Origin: Porphyridium purpureum
Lineage: Eukaryota
Length of the DNA stretch: 64,000 nt
Direction: 5' to 3'
Assembly (NCBI GenBank): GCA_008690995.1
Contig: VRMN01000003.1
Span: 1,364,001 to 1,428,000 of the forward strand
The translations under genes and the position numbers were made by a program. The notes beneath the pieces were generated by a model. It was given only the letters and a program-made list of their open reading frames with translations. It was not told the origin of the DNA and made no database searches. This document shows positions 53,451-64,000 of the stretch, one piece after another. Each line of letters begins with the position of its first letter. Position 1 is the first letter of the stretch.

Positions 53451-54527
53451 TTACTTCCCTGAAAATAGGCCAGGCTTTGCCTGCTTATCCTTTCCCCGCA
53501 CCTCGGCATCTTGCACGCCGTGAAGAAGAATGTAATTCTTGGACCCTGCTACGTGTCCCTCTGCTCCTTTGCTCCAGTCGTAGCCGACCGCGTACGCGTA
53601 GATCGAGCCATCTGCGCTGAAACAGCTTGCTGTGATCGGCTGGAGCAGCTTCTTGAAGTTCTTGAGGCGCTGCTTTGAGTCCTTGTCCCAAAAAATGAAC
53701 GTGCCGTTCGATCCCGCGGTCGCAAAGGTGCCGTACCCTTCATGAAACGCAATGGAGTTGACGCTGTAAATATTGTTCTCTTCTCTGTGGCATTTGAACG
53801 CAAAATCGTTCGGCCTGTCCGACTGCTGAACATGATCGATCGATACACGGCCTTCTACGGAGCCAACAGCGAAGCCGCGCTGATCCGGGAAGCACGCAAT
53901 CACGCGCGTCTGGTACTTGAGCTGCGAAAGCTTGTCCAAATAGGGCTGGGTGGGCTTGCGCACGTCGTAAACCAAAATCTTACGATCAGCAGTGCCAACT
54001 ACCAACAGCGCCCCGCGCGCATCCATCGCATACACACGCTCCGGCATCGGAACCACCCCCATGGGCGACCCGGTCGGGGCCCGGATGTCCCAATACTTGA
54101 GTGTCTTGTCCCACGATCCCGTCACGACGCAAGGTGTGCCATTACCCACATCGTTCAGGTATGCGATCTTGCTGATGGGAGCATCGTGTTGCGCGATGAC
54201 CTGGTTTTGGTTGGTTGCGATCGACCACATCTTTGCCTGCTTGTCGCACCCCGCGGAAAAAATAGCCTGTCCGTCCTCGCGCCACGTCACATCCAGCACG
54301 GGCGCGCTATGCTCAATCATCCCGACGGGGACGGTCTGCCCAGACTGCTGCACCTCCCAGCACCGCACTCCATTATCCCATGAGCCGGCCACCAAGAAGT
54401 TCTTCGGCGCCAGTGCGCGTGGCGAGAACGCCAGGGACGAGATCCCGTCGTTCGGCGGGTTCGATACCAGAATATCGTTATTTGGGTTATCGGCCGCCGT
54501 CCCGGTCGCCGCTCCAAACGCCGCCAT
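53451..54527 (-). CDS. RAE1: mRNA export factor Rae1/Gle2 (WD40)
   Basis: PPNDGISSLAFSP, GSWDKTLKYWD, LKYQTR, GSVEGRV, FAFKCHR, FWDKDSKQRLK, YDWSKG. Confidence 0.96.
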   Translation of the reverse strand: MAAFGAATGTAADNPNNDILVSNPPNDGISSLAFSPRALAPKNFLVAGSWDNGVRCWEVQQSGQTVPVGMIEHSAPVLDVTWREDGQAIFSAGCDKQAKMWSIATNQNQVIAQHDAPISKIAYLNDVGNGTPCVVTGSWDKTLKYWDIRAPTGSPMGVVPMPERVYAMDARGALLVVGTADRKILVYDVRKPTQPYLDKLSQLKYQTRVIACFPDQRGFAVGSVEGRVSIDHVQQSDRPNDFAFKCHREENNIYSVNSIAFHEGYGTFATAGSNGTFIFWDKDSKQRLKNFKKLLQPITASCFSADGSIYAYAVGYDWSKGAEGHVAGSKNYILLHGVQDAEVRGKDKQAKPGLFSGK

Positions 54528-54828
54528 CTTGCCTTGGACAACACCAGAACGACCCGTGGTCCGTCTCCCTCTCCCTCTTCCGTCTTCGCTCTTTCCCGCG
54601 CACGCTTAAACATAATAATAGACCTTATCAATTAATTAATCATCTTTTTTCGTGGTCAGAAGGTACGTATGCAGAGCTCCAATTCACCGACTTCCATACC
54701 GCACGAGAACCTTGGCCTGCTCATAAGCAGCACCAGCCCACTTTTTGCGCGCCATACGCCGCAGCCAGCCGTCAGACTTGATCGCCTCTGCGATTGCGCC
54801 GTGTGGCTCGGGCAATATACTCGTCTGC

Positions 54829-56376
54829 CTACTCGTCGTCGTCGTCGTCGTCGTCGACCTCTAGCACGCGTCGCTTTTTGCCCGTGTTCTTCAACTCCAT
54901 GAGACGGTCCGGGTCTTCGCGCGTGACACTGCGTCCACGCTTCCCGCGCATGCCGTCGACCTCTGCGTCATAGTCACTACCCACCTCATCATCTTCCATG
55001 CGGTACCGGCGCCTGCGTCTCCCACGACCGCCGCCACCGTCGTCGCTAGATTCCTGAACGCTTTCGTACGATCCGTCCTCCTCCTCCTCCTCTTCTTCTT
55101 CTTCTTCGTCGTCCTCATCAACTTCCTGCCCTTCAAGATACGCGGCCTCGGATCGACGGTAGCCAAAGCCGCCTGTTCCGCTGCCACCCTGGCGCGCGCG
55201 CACCTGATCCGCAAGCTTCTCTTCTCTTCGTTTACGCGCGGCTTCGAGCTTGGCGAATTCGCGTGCGCGCCGTTGCTCCTCATACGCATTGTGCCGCTCC
55301 TCAGCCTCTGGTCCTACGGCCGGTGCAATCTCTGCGATCTTGCGCTGATTGCCGAGAGCAGCCATGCGCTTGAGATCTGCGGCTGCATGCAGCGCGGGCG
55401 CCTTTTCTTCGTGTGCACGCCTCAGCATCCAGCGCTCAGCTATGATCGAGTCGCAGAGCTGCATACCTCCTTCTTCACGCACAAACCATTGGTGCGCACC
55501 TGCAGAGTCAATCCGATCGAGAGAATCTGCCTGTACGAAGAAAATTTGCTCTCCAATTTGCAAGGTGCGGCTGCCATCCGACCAAGTCGTGAGCCTCGTG
55601 TTGCTCTCGCACAAGTCTGCGAGGGGCTTCCCCTCCATCAAGCCTTTCACCAGTTCATCTTTGGAGCTGCATTTGTTGCGCCATCGAATGACGCTTTTCG
55701 AGTTGTGAGCGTCAATCGCGTATCGCATGGGCGACTCCGAAAACGTTTGCGGATCAAATATATGTGACTCAATGTCGATCGATTTCAGCAGTTTCAAGGA
55801 AAAGCGCGCATTTGCACGGCAGCAATCCTCCTCTTGCGGCCGCAGGTATGACTTATTGAACTGCAATATTTCTGCGGGCGCGTCCACGTCAGGAGAACCT
55901 GTCGCGCGCCGGGCAGGGGACGGCATAGGTGATTCCTCTACGCCATCATGACCCGGATTTTCATCGTGCTCGCTGTCCGAAGTGATGTGAAGCAACCTCT
56001 CGTCATCATCATCAGCATTGTCAACGCGGTCGTTACTATCACCCTTTTTTCGCTCCCCAATCGAGCCATCCCCGTCCACGGCCGGAGGCGCCGCCCCTTT
56101 GTCCAGCTCTGACTCCGCAAAAGCACTCGATGAGGTTGCTTTCGACGGCGCACGCTTCCTCCTGTTAAAAACCAAGGCATCCAGGTCCGACGCATCATCA
56201 TCCTCCTCATCCGCTTCACTGCGGGCGCGCTCCACCACATCTTGGTTCTCATGGACTTCCTTTTCCTGCGGCTCGTCTTCGCCAGCAACTCCCCGAGTTC
56301 CGACGTCTTCCGCCGAGCTCTCTGCCGGCGGACTCGGTGATCGCGGCTGCGACTGTGCCTCCGGTTGCGGCTCCAT
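54829..56376 (-). CDS. LEO1: Paf1 complex subunit Leo1
   Basis: FDPQTF, VIRWR, ESNTRLTTWSDGSRTLQIG and acidic termini. Confidence 0.88.
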   Translation of the reverse strand: MEPQPEAQSQPRSPSPPAESSAEDVGTRGVAGEDEPQEKEVHENQDVVERARSEADEEDDDASDLDALVFNRRKRAPSKATSSSAFAESELDKGAAPPAVDGDGSIGERKKGDSNDRVDNADDDDERLLHITSDSEHDENPGHDGVEESPMPSPARRATGSPDVDAPAEILQFNKSYLRPQEEDCCRANARFSLKLLKSIDIESHIFDPQTFSESPMRYAIDAHNSKSVIRWRNKCSSKDELVKGLMEGKPLADLCESNTRLTTWSDGSRTLQIGEQIFFVQADSLDRIDSAGAHQWFVREEGGMQLCDSIIAERWMLRRAHEEKAPALHAAADLKRMAALGNQRKIAEIAPAVGPEAEERHNAYEEQRRAREFAKLEAARKRREEKLADQVRARQGGSGTGGFGYRRSEAAYLEGQEVDEDDEEEEEEEEEEDGSYESVQESSDDGGGGRGRRRRRYRMEDDEVGSDYDAEVDGMRGKRGRSVTREDPDRLMELKNTGKKRRVLEVDDDDDDDE

Positions 56377-56520
56377 CTTCTCTCCTACGAGGCGCTCTCT
56401 CTCCCGGAGCGTCGCGTCGTGCGTCGAACGCCCACACTTTGCTATGTCAAAGCTTGCGGCAAGGATTCCGACAAAGGAAGCATAGCTGTGGATTCATGGG
56501 CCTGTATTAAGTATATTCCT

Positions 56521-57588
56521 CTATTGTTGCGGTATCGTCGGGCGAGGTGGAGGAGGGCGGATTCTGGCGGGCACACCGACAGCAAGTGCATCGTCGGGAA
56601 CATCGACCAGCAGAAGCGAACACGCCGCGACGGCTGCGTCAGCGCCGACACGCACCGGGCCAAGGACGGTCGAGCCGGCGCCTAGAAATGCTCCCGCCAT
56701 GACATCTGGGTGGCGCTTTCCGGTGCTGGCGCCCGCACCACCGAGCGTGACGCGGTGCAGTAGCGACACGTTTCTGTCCAGAACGCAAGTCTCGCCGATC
56801 ACTATGCCCGTGGCGTGATCAAGAAATGCTCCGGCGCCAATGCGAGCGGCTGGGTGGATATCCACGTGCAGGCGCTTGGACGTGAGCGCGTGGAGCTGCT
56901 TGGCAAGCAGTCTTCGTCCTTGATTCCACAAGACATGCGAGACTCGATATGCTTGCAGTGCATGAAACCCCTTGAAGAATAAGAGCGGCTCCACAAAACG
57001 GGTGCACGCTGGGTCGCGCTGCATTACTGCGATGATATCCTCCTGCATACAGCATACACTGCAATACTCTGTCGACTCTTCCACAGCCTCCTTGCACAGC
57101 TCGAAAAGCACAGCCGCGCTCAGCGCGCGGGACGCTAGCTTGCCCGCCACCACGAACGCAACAGCGTCCACCAGCGACTTCTGGTTGAGCACAGCGGCTG
57201 AAACAAATGAGCTGAGCTCGTGCTCTCGATGCGCGATGTGCCGGGCCTCAGCGCAGATGTACGCCCACAGCTGATCACAGCCACTGACGTCGCCTTGAGC
57301 GCTTAAGCGCGCCAAAGTCCCGCAAGTGGCTTTCATGTGCACCATGTACTCTGGCGTGCCCGGCTCCAAATCCGAATGGGCGCCGCCCGTGTAGACCTGC
57401 CAGCTCATGGTCGGTAATCCCCGCCGTGCTGCGACCTGAATCTTGCCCGCTCCATCTTGAACGCACGCTTGTTTCACGAGTGGCCGGCGACGACCGACAC
57501 CGCATGTGTGGGCTTGTGACGGCACATTCACCGGCGCGAAAGAGTTTGCTCCTCCGCTAATAAAGGCGGCAGTCGTTGAAGGCGCCAT
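56521..57588 (-). CDS. cysE: Serine O-acetyltransferase, probably plastid-targeted
   Basis: RDPAC, FFKGFHALQAYR, VDIHPAARIG, DHATGIVIGET, VTLGG, RHP; transit-peptide-like N-terminus. Confidence 0.95.
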   Translation of the reverse strand: MAPSTTAAFISGGANSFAPVNVPSQAHTCGVGRRRPLVKQACVQDGAGKIQVAARRGLPTMSWQVYTGGAHSDLEPGTPEYMVHMKATCGTLARLSAQGDVSGCDQLWAYICAEARHIAHREHELSSFVSAAVLNQKSLVDAVAFVVAGKLASRALSAAVLFELCKEAVEESTEYCSVCCMQEDIIAVMQRDPACTRFVEPLLFFKGFHALQAYRVSHVLWNQGRRLLAKQLHALTSKRLHVDIHPAARIGAGAFLDHATGIVIGETCVLDRNVSLLHRVTLGGAGASTGKRHPDVMAGAFLGAGSTVLGPVRVGADAAVAACSLLLVDVPDDALAVGVPARIRPPPPRPTIPQQ

Positions 57589-57762
57589 GTTTCCGGTCTT
57601 CCCAGCCTCACGGGTCACTTTCGGGTCTCACGGATTCGCGTGCGGGAAGTACAAGTGTGTTCAAGAGCGTTGGTTGACAATGCGTAGATCTGTTGACACA
57701 GCGATACACGAGAACACGGATTAGAGACAATCATTTTAAAAGACCAAAATACACGTATAGCG

Positions 57763-58617
57763 CTACGGACGCGACGACATGGATTCCTTCTCGTCGATGG
57801 TGCAAGAAGAGCTCGTGTTTGAGCAGTAGCTGCCAGGAATCGGAGCGGGACTTGTTTGCTCCTGAATGACACCAAGGCGCAAGATGCGTTCGTACGCCTG
57901 CCGCAGCGAGCCGCTTGTTCGCTGAGAATTATCGATATTGTGTTCGCGGATGAGGCCGTGGCTGTCAAAGGTGTAAACGCTCATGCCGTCATAAATAAGA
58001 GTATTGTCTGCCATTGCGCTCCAAGCTATCGAGAAGCGCGGCTTTGCAGTGACTCTCCAACGGACGTAAACGCGGCCTTCACGGTCCTCGTGAAACATGC
58101 TGGAAATAGACACCTGTGCCTCCCGCCACACACATCGCGCGTGGAACCGCAAAGTCAATAGAAGGTACGCGTAAATTTCCTTGCCGTGGAATTGGAACGT
58201 GCGGCGGTCCGTGAACACCATCTTGTCGCTAAAAATGTCGAGCTCTGGCTCCTCCTCAAGCATCCGCGGGTACGCGAAACGAAGCTTCTCAATCGCCGAG
58301 CCGACGTTCGCATAGTACGCCGGGTCACGCTGGTTATGATGATTCGGCTTCTTCCCATTACTCCCGCCCGTGCCGCCACTCACGCCCAGCCCAAGTCCCA
58401 ACCCTCGCCCTCGACTGTGCTCCGCCACTGGCCGCTGCTTGACACCGTACACATTCTCTGCGCTGACGACCAGCACCACACGACGATACCGCCCGCCGTG
58501 CGCGCGGCGCGGTGCCGCAAGCGCGCGCGCTTCGCACGCTGCACCATTTCCACACGCAGCGCGCCGTGTGGCACTTGCGGAGGTTGCAGTCCCAGGCAGC
58601 ACATTAACCCACGCCAT
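57763..58617 (-). CDS. DUF2358 (SnoaL/NTF2-like) protein, probably plastid-targeted
   Basis: YYANVGSAIEKLR..P, DIF..F.D, G..Y..LRFH, VRWRV, DGMSVY..G.I.EH..DN. Confidence 0.8.
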   Translation of the reverse strand: MAWVNVLPGTATSASATRRAACGNGAACEARALAAPRRAHGGRYRRVVLVVSAENVYGVKQRPVAEHSRGRGLGLGLGVSGGTGGSNGKKPNHHNQRDPAYYANVGSAIEKLRFAYPRMLEEEPELDIFSDKMVFTDRRTFQFHGKEIYAYLLLTLRFHARCVWREAQVSISSMFHEDREGRVYVRWRVTAKPRFSIAWSAMADNTLIYDGMSVYTFDSHGLIREHNIDNSQRTSGSLRQAYERILRLGVIQEQTSPAPIPGSYCSNTSSSCTIDEKESMSSRP

Positions 58618-60307
58618 GTTTCTCCCACCGCACCTTCCCACGCTCCTCTCCTCTTCCTCTCACGTCACCTGCCGTATCTGCATGTATACATACACACACA
58701 CACACACACACCACCTTCCCCTCCAACTCGCGCCGTTCACACTCAGGCTACGACCGCAGCCACGCCTGCTCGCTTCCCTCCCACCGACCGAGTGTGATTC
58801 TGATCAAACACGCTCGTTTTGATATGCTCACACGCAATAGGCACGCGTTTCTGGAAAACAACGGTTCGAGCGCGTTCATGCTTTGCGTCGCATTGCGTTG
58901 GAGGTTGCTGTACTCGCGTACACTGACGGCGCATTAATTAATCGCGCCTTTTCATGAGAAAAAACGTTAAAGAAGGGTTCAAAAAGTACAGCTGAATGAG
59001 AAAGCGAGCTTATTGTTGTGGGATTGTGCTCGCCGGCGATAGCGCGGGCCACGATGTTGAGAGCAACGAGCCGTTTATGTTGGCATGTGTGGAGACTGAG
59101 AGAGACTGCGTGCGAGACGAACCCAGGACATGTGCGAGCGCGTGGAAAGTGACAAGCGGTGCACGCGCCGGAAAAGCGTGGCCAGAACGTGTCTGAACGC
59201 GCGCTCGCCGCGCGGCCTGAAAATCAAAGTTTGGATCTGCGATTGAGGCACGGTTCATGCGAACCAACCCTTGCAAAGCGCAGCGATTGCGAGGCGTGCG
59301 GCGCACGTCCATCTTTGCACATTGCAGCATCGTGCGCGGGTAGAAATGCGCGCACGGAAAAGAAAACGCTCGAGCCTTGTGCTCAGTGTGAGAAGTCTCA
59401 CGCAGACACCCACGGCGGAGCGACGAGGTCGCCGTCGTGCTCACCCTGAGGAATCAATCGATCCATCTTCCTATCGAATCCAACGAAGGAAATAGTACTG
59501 TGGGTGAGTGCGCAGATCTTAAACACAAGGGACTGTACCTTTTTGAGGTGTGTGGCTCTTTTTATCATATTTTCGGCGTGTTTAGTATAGACGGCTCAAG
59601 CGATCGTGGCTTTGTATAAAGAAGGTTGCATATCGCTTGCATGTTTGTTATATGGATGATAGTGTTCAGTGCAGAGAAGGACGGAAGGACAGAAGAAAGG
59701 AGAAGAAGAAAGTACAGTGCTTTGAATTTTGGTGAGGGAGGCAGTATGGGAGCCGTAGTAGCACGCGCAGTTAGCGGGGAAGAGGCTTTGCGCAAGGAGG
59801 ATGAGGCGTGGTGCGTGTGCGTGTATATGTGTGTGTGTGTGTGTGACTGTGGCAGTGGCAGCGGATCCGTGCGTTTCGTGTTGGCGGTGGTGGGGAACGT
59901 CAGGTCGTGGCGGTGGTGGCGCGGCGTTGAGGTGAGGCCGCGTGGCATAAGGCAGCTGCGCTGGAGTACGGTCGGTGCGGGATTGGGATCGTTTGACTGC
60001 ACGGGCTGGGTTGGAGCGCAGGACGAGCGCCGGCGTGGCTTGAATTCGGAGGGAGCGGGGCGCGACTTCGCGAACTGGACGACGGGCTGGTCCGGTAGCT
60101 GCGCTTCTTGGGAGTGGCGTACGGCGCCAGATTCAGTGTCGGGAGTGCGTGGGTGAAGCGCTTGGGCGGGGGGGTTACACAACGCGATAGGGAGGGTTGA
60201 GACAGAGAGTCGGCAGCACGGGAACTCGGGGGTGAAGCGACCAAACGAGTGCCGGATATCGATGTCGGCTTGCATGCGCGCGCGCCGCAGCGGTGTCCTG
60301 AGCCAGA

Positions 60308-63300
60308 ATGTGCAAGTGCGGCTCGAATCGTCGTGGCGCGTCCGGCACGAATGACCAATGGGAGCACCAAAGAGATGGCGTGACCAGTGGAAAGACCAGC
60401 TTATCCGCGTGTACACCAGTAATGGCGGCGGCGAGGAACTCTAGGGGTATATCCAGCGATGGCGCAGACGGGGAAGAGCGGAGGTCGCCTGGACAACGCA
60501 GAATACAAACGCAACAAAGCGTCCCTCCGCGAGCGACACGGACGCGAAGCAATCGCTCATGCGCCAGTTCAAGGACACAACGGGACGAGGACCTGCAAGA
60601 AAAGGGGGCGCAGAGTAGATACGAGAGGTCGAGCGGAAATGTCAATGCCGAGCGGAGGCAGGCGCGCCAAGGTTCGGCGAGCAGTTCGAAGCAGGTTCGT
60701 TGGGTCATCATTTTGGTGGCAGTGTTTCTTTTCGTGCTTCGGCGATCGATCCGCGCGGACGAGTCGAGGGATGTAGGCGATCGGGTCGATCAACTTTTAG
60801 GCTCGCAGGCGATGAAAAGTGGGCTGCAAAATGATGCGCTGTCGCGACCGGCGTACAAGTGGAACACGATCGTAGAAGACGCCGCGGGTCGCAGTTTGGA
60901 AAATAGTTTATTTGTCATGGTGGGGCTGGGACCTGATGTGCCGACGTGCATAAAATGTCCGCCGCTTTTTCAGGTCCCCCGCGTGAAGGCTTGGCTTATG
61001 TATAGGAGGGGGCAAAATCTCAGTGGGAGTCATTTCGACAATGTACTGAGCAGCGCGCGGGTGGACGCCGCGGAAATCGAGCTGTCCGCGCTCGACTATC
61101 TCGAGGTGCTAGCCGGTGCGCCCATGAACAACCATCGGACAGTAATGAACGTGAACCCGGAACAAAATATCGAGCGCGTGGCTGTCACCGGTGCACAGGC
61201 CTGGCTGTTGCTAAGTCCCCAAGGCGAGCTCTTCTTCGACGTCACATTCCATTTTGAAATGCAAACGGAAGGAAACGCGCCTACTGTGTATGCATTGTCG
61301 CGCCTGAGCGCAGACTTAAGCACGAACGCGTACGCGATTTCCTTGACCGGCCAGTATGCTGACTATGCGGAACTGCTTCATTTGGGACTTGGCGTGCATC
61401 GACAGGCAGGCGATGGTGCTCAAGTGTCACTGGAGATTCCTACGGTTTTTCTGCTACCCAGGCGTCTGTTCCCGGTCACCGCCGACGAGGATGCATCTGA
61501 GAATGATGTGCATGAAGGTGCGCATGGCAAGACCACACCACATGCTCGGCCCAGCAGATTTCCTAGCACTGTGCAGTTCGTCAGCATCATTCTCGTGACA
61601 TGGATTATGTTGCTGTCATTGGTCGGCACCCTTGCGGTGCTGGCTTATAGATATCAAGCACGTCTGTCGACCAATCAGCCCGTATCCGCAGGACAGGTCG
61701 ACGTGCCTTTGCAGAGATCCTCTGACCTGGCTGCGCCTTCATCGTCCGGGAACATTGCGGGACGAAGTGTCGGGATTCCCGAGCCTCTGCAGCGTCTGCG
61801 TGCTGCGGCCAGTGGTAGCTCAGACTTGAGCTCCAGAAAAGGGGCACTTGTTGGGCGGGCGGTGACGGCGGGAGGATCCCAGTCTCACTTGTCGACGCAG
61901 TCGTTTGGCTCGAATCGAACGAACGATTCGGGCGAGGAACTCGGCGAGCGGCGGCCTGCGATTCCAATTCGCGAGAGAGATACTTCCGGCTATCAGCAAT
62001 ACATTATTCCGCGTCGCAACGTGACGCTTGGCGCGGTGGTCGGTGCTGGGGGCACAGGCATTGTTCACAGGGCAAAATACGGCGGAGAGCAAGTCGCAGT
62101 GAAGATTTTGCAACGTACCGTGGACAAGAACACGCGGGGCCAATCACATAGCATGTCGTTCACACAGGGTCTCGACCAGAAGGACGTGATCAAGACGTTA
62201 CCACCAGAAGCTCTGCAAGAAATCGTGACGTTTGCGTGGTGCCGTCATCCGCATGTGGCTCACTTTTACGGAGTATGCGTTGGAGACTCTGTGGATGACG
62301 AAGAGCCGCTCTGGTTGGTCATGGAGCTGGCACCGAAAGGTACGTTGCATGATTTACTGAACAGTGATCAAAATCGCTTGCTGAACGACTCCTGGCGCCA
62401 AAAGGTGTGTTACTTTGTGAGTCTCGGTATGGAATATTTGCATGCGAGTCCTAGGAACATTTTCCACGGCGATCTGAAGCCCGGAAATATTATCATGACC
62501 GATGGTGGTCTCCCAAAGGTGATCGATTTCGGTATTTCGAGCTTTTACGATCGGCAGAGCGAAGGGCAGCAGGCACGGCTACGCGGCACGCTCATGTTTA
62601 TGGCACCTGAACTGTTTTTAGTCGGTGGAGAACCGCTTGGCAGGGAGGGATACGAAAAAGTTGACGTGTACGCGTTCGGCGTGACTGTGTGGGTTATTTT
62701 CCATCATCATTTACTCGGTGGAGCGCGAGAAAAAGGGTCTGGAAGTGCCAGGAGCACTGATCGATCCTCATCAACTATGGGCAACACAGCGGATATACAA
62801 ATTGAGAACGCCCGAGCAGATCCAGTTGGAACCTTGACCAAGGCGACTTTAGAATATACGCATAATCGCACAGCTACTGGGGGCCAAGTTTCGGCCCAGG
62901 CTTTAAGCTTGAGGTTTCAGGATATGCTCCGACAGGGGCCGACCGGTAGTCCCAACTCGTGGTTTCATGACAAATCTCGAGCACAGGAAGGACAGAAGCT
63001 GTTGTCAAAGTTGGGTCTGGACAGTCCAAATGTCGTTTCAGACACCACTGCCGCGCAGTCGTCCCACGATGCGGCACCTCGGATGGCAAGTGTGGATGCA
63101 ATTCGTTCAAGTGTCGACTCCGACGACGATCCCGATTTCAGAGGCACGAGCCAAAAAGGGAGTGGCGTTCGCATGCAAAAAAGTGAGGTACCGTTAAGTA
63201 TTGTGAATGACTTTGAATTGGTCTTGTCCATGAATGCGTCGCAGGAAAATGTGATGGGCCCCTCGCTACTTGATTTACTGCGCGAGCCGCGCGAAACACC

Positions 63301-63577
63301 GCAAGACTCTCTGACTTTGCTGATCTTGGAAACAGAAAAGGTACGTAGCGCGTTTCTGGAAGAAGCGGCGGAGCTCTTGGTCCGCAATCCGAGAAGGGAT
63401 GTGGCGGAGCTGGTAGCGCGCGTCGCAGCCTTTCGAGGCCGGTACGGCTTTACCATGATGTGCCATAATAATGTACCTGAAATTATTCAGACCGTAATCC
63501 GCGCATGCACGCAACATGACCCTCGCATGCGCCCTTTGTTTTGGGAGTGCAGCAAGATGTTGTACGACTTTTTCTAG
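60308..63577 (+). CDS. Membrane-anchored (receptor-like) TKL-type protein kinase
   Basis: Two hydrophobic helices flank a ~270 aa putative ectodomain; kinase motifs GAGGTGIV, VAVK, HGDLKPGN, DFG, GT..FMAPE, DVYAFG. The start is uncertain. Confidence 0.88.
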   Translation: MCKCGSNRRGASGTNDQWEHQRDGVTSGKTSLSACTPVMAAARNSRGISSDGADGEERRSPGQRRIQTQQSVPPRATRTRSNRSCASSRTQRDEDLQEKGAQSRYERSSGNVNAERRQARQGSASSSKQVRWVIILVAVFLFVLRRSIRADESRDVGDRVDQLLGSQAMKSGLQNDALSRPAYKWNTIVEDAAGRSLENSLFVMVGLGPDVPTCIKCPPLFQVPRVKAWLMYRRGQNLSGSHFDNVLSSARVDAAEIELSALDYLEVLAGAPMNNHRTVMNVNPEQNIERVAVTGAQAWLLLSPQGELFFDVTFHFEMQTEGNAPTVYALSRLSADLSTNAYAISLTGQYADYAELLHLGLGVHRQAGDGAQVSLEIPTVFLLPRRLFPVTADEDASENDVHEGAHGKTTPHARPSRFPSTVQFVSIILVTWIMLLSLVGTLAVLAYRYQARLSTNQPVSAGQVDVPLQRSSDLAAPSSSGNIAGRSVGIPEPLQRLRAAASGSSDLSSRKGALVGRAVTAGGSQSHLSTQSFGSNRTNDSGEELGERRPAIPIRERDTSGYQQYIIPRRNVTLGAVVGAGGTGIVHRAKYGGEQVAVKILQRTVDKNTRGQSHSMSFTQGLDQKDVIKTLPPEALQEIVTFAWCRHPHVAHFYGVCVGDSVDDEEPLWLVMELAPKGTLHDLLNSDQNRLLNDSWRQKVCYFVSLGMEYLHASPRNIFHGDLKPGNIIMTDGGLPKVIDFGISSFYDRQSEGQQARLRGTLMFMAPELFLVGGEPLGREGYEKVDVYAFGVTVWVIFHHHLLGGAREKGSGSARSTDRSSSTMGNTADIQIENARADPVGTLTKATLEYTHNRTATGGQVSAQALSLRFQDMLRQGPTGSPNSWFHDKSRAQEGQKLLSKLGLDSPNVVSDTTAAQSSHDAAPRMASVDAIRSSVDSDDDPDFRGTSQKGSGVRMQKSEVPLSIVNDFELVLSMNASQENVMGPSLLDLLREPRETPQDSLTLLILETEKVRSAFLEEAAELLVRNPRRDVAELVARVAAFRGRYGFTMMCHNNVPEIIQTVIRACTQHDPRMRPLFWECSKMLYDFF

Positions 63578-63662
63578 TTTTTGAACTGGTGGCAACTTGT
63601 ATTGTACATAAAGTGACTCGTTTATCGTTCTGCATGTGTCTGAGCGGATCGTGCAGCAGAAT

Positions 63663-63989
63663 TCAGGCTGTGAGCCTGTGATCTTCTACTTGGAAGTCAG
63701 CTGTCGCGGTCCGGTTCCTCCGATCGACTAGGAACGTTCTGCTAACGTCTCGGTCAGACCGCTCCTGTTCAGATTCGAATTGCTCATGCAAACTCTTCGA
63801 TAAGTCTCGAACTTGGACGTATACATCGTGCGCGCCGTCCACGCTGTACACCGCGACGATGGACGCCTTTTTGTGTGAGCTCAGTCCGAGCGCTCTGGCG
63901 AGCTTGCGACGATTCAGGGCAAAGACGACCGTGGCCTTGTTGGTCGGCTGACGAGAGAGCTCTGTGAGCCTACTCAGTGTCGCACCCAT
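63663..63989 (-). CDS. Hypothetical protein, possibly the 3' end of a gene extending beyond the window
   Basis: 108 aa ORF open to the window edge and convergent with the kinase; no recognised motif. Confidence 0.35.
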   Translation of the reverse strand: MGATLSRLTELSRQPTNKATVVFALNRRKLARALGLSSHKKASIVAVYSVDGAHDVYVQVRDLSKSLHEQFESEQERSDRDVSRTFLVDRRNRTATADFQVEDHRLTA

Positions 63990-64000
63990 CCCTTTACAAT

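Noticed and set aside
59565..60416. 283 aa and 176 aa ORFs and a possible GTGCGT..CAG intron upstream of the kinase
   Set aside because: They include a (GT)n microsatellite, and the trial splices I made hit stops before reaching the kinase frame.

Overview
Eukaryotic, gene-dense, essentially intron-free nuclear DNA. It is most consistent with a unicellular red alga (Porphyridium-like), an inference from plastid-targeted CSP41a, serine acetyltransferase, DUF2358 and a bacterial-type DnaG. Positions ~5-20 kb hold a nested transposon island. A Tc1/Tc3-like DD34E DNA transposon (5437-19003; 30-bp TIRs, TA duplication) is interrupted at its second catalytic Asp by Ty3/gypsy element A (6400-18522; 294-bp LTRs, ATATC TSD, -1 frameshift gag-pol). 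Element A is interrupted in its integrase tail by an oppositely oriented gypsy element B (11225-17916; 278-bp LTRs, GCAT TSD, chromodomain, in-frame gag-UGA-CUA-pol). The DNA flanking the Tc1 element rejoins in frame into a decayed ORF resembling a Fanzor1 RNA-guided nuclease, which would be a fourth, outermost layer. The rest of the window is housekeeping genes: PP2A-B56, MATE, CDF/MTP, Sir2, QTRT2, Trm10, Lsm6, STN1-like, CSP41a, Set1, MRG15, a divergent H3/H4 pair, NhaC, an atypical MAPK, DnaG, DNAJC11, Rae1, Leo1, SAT, DUF2358 and a membrane kinase. Both histone genes carry an identical, non-canonical 16-nt stem-loop about 125 nt after their stop codons. All protein calls are by motif recognition; no searches were run.
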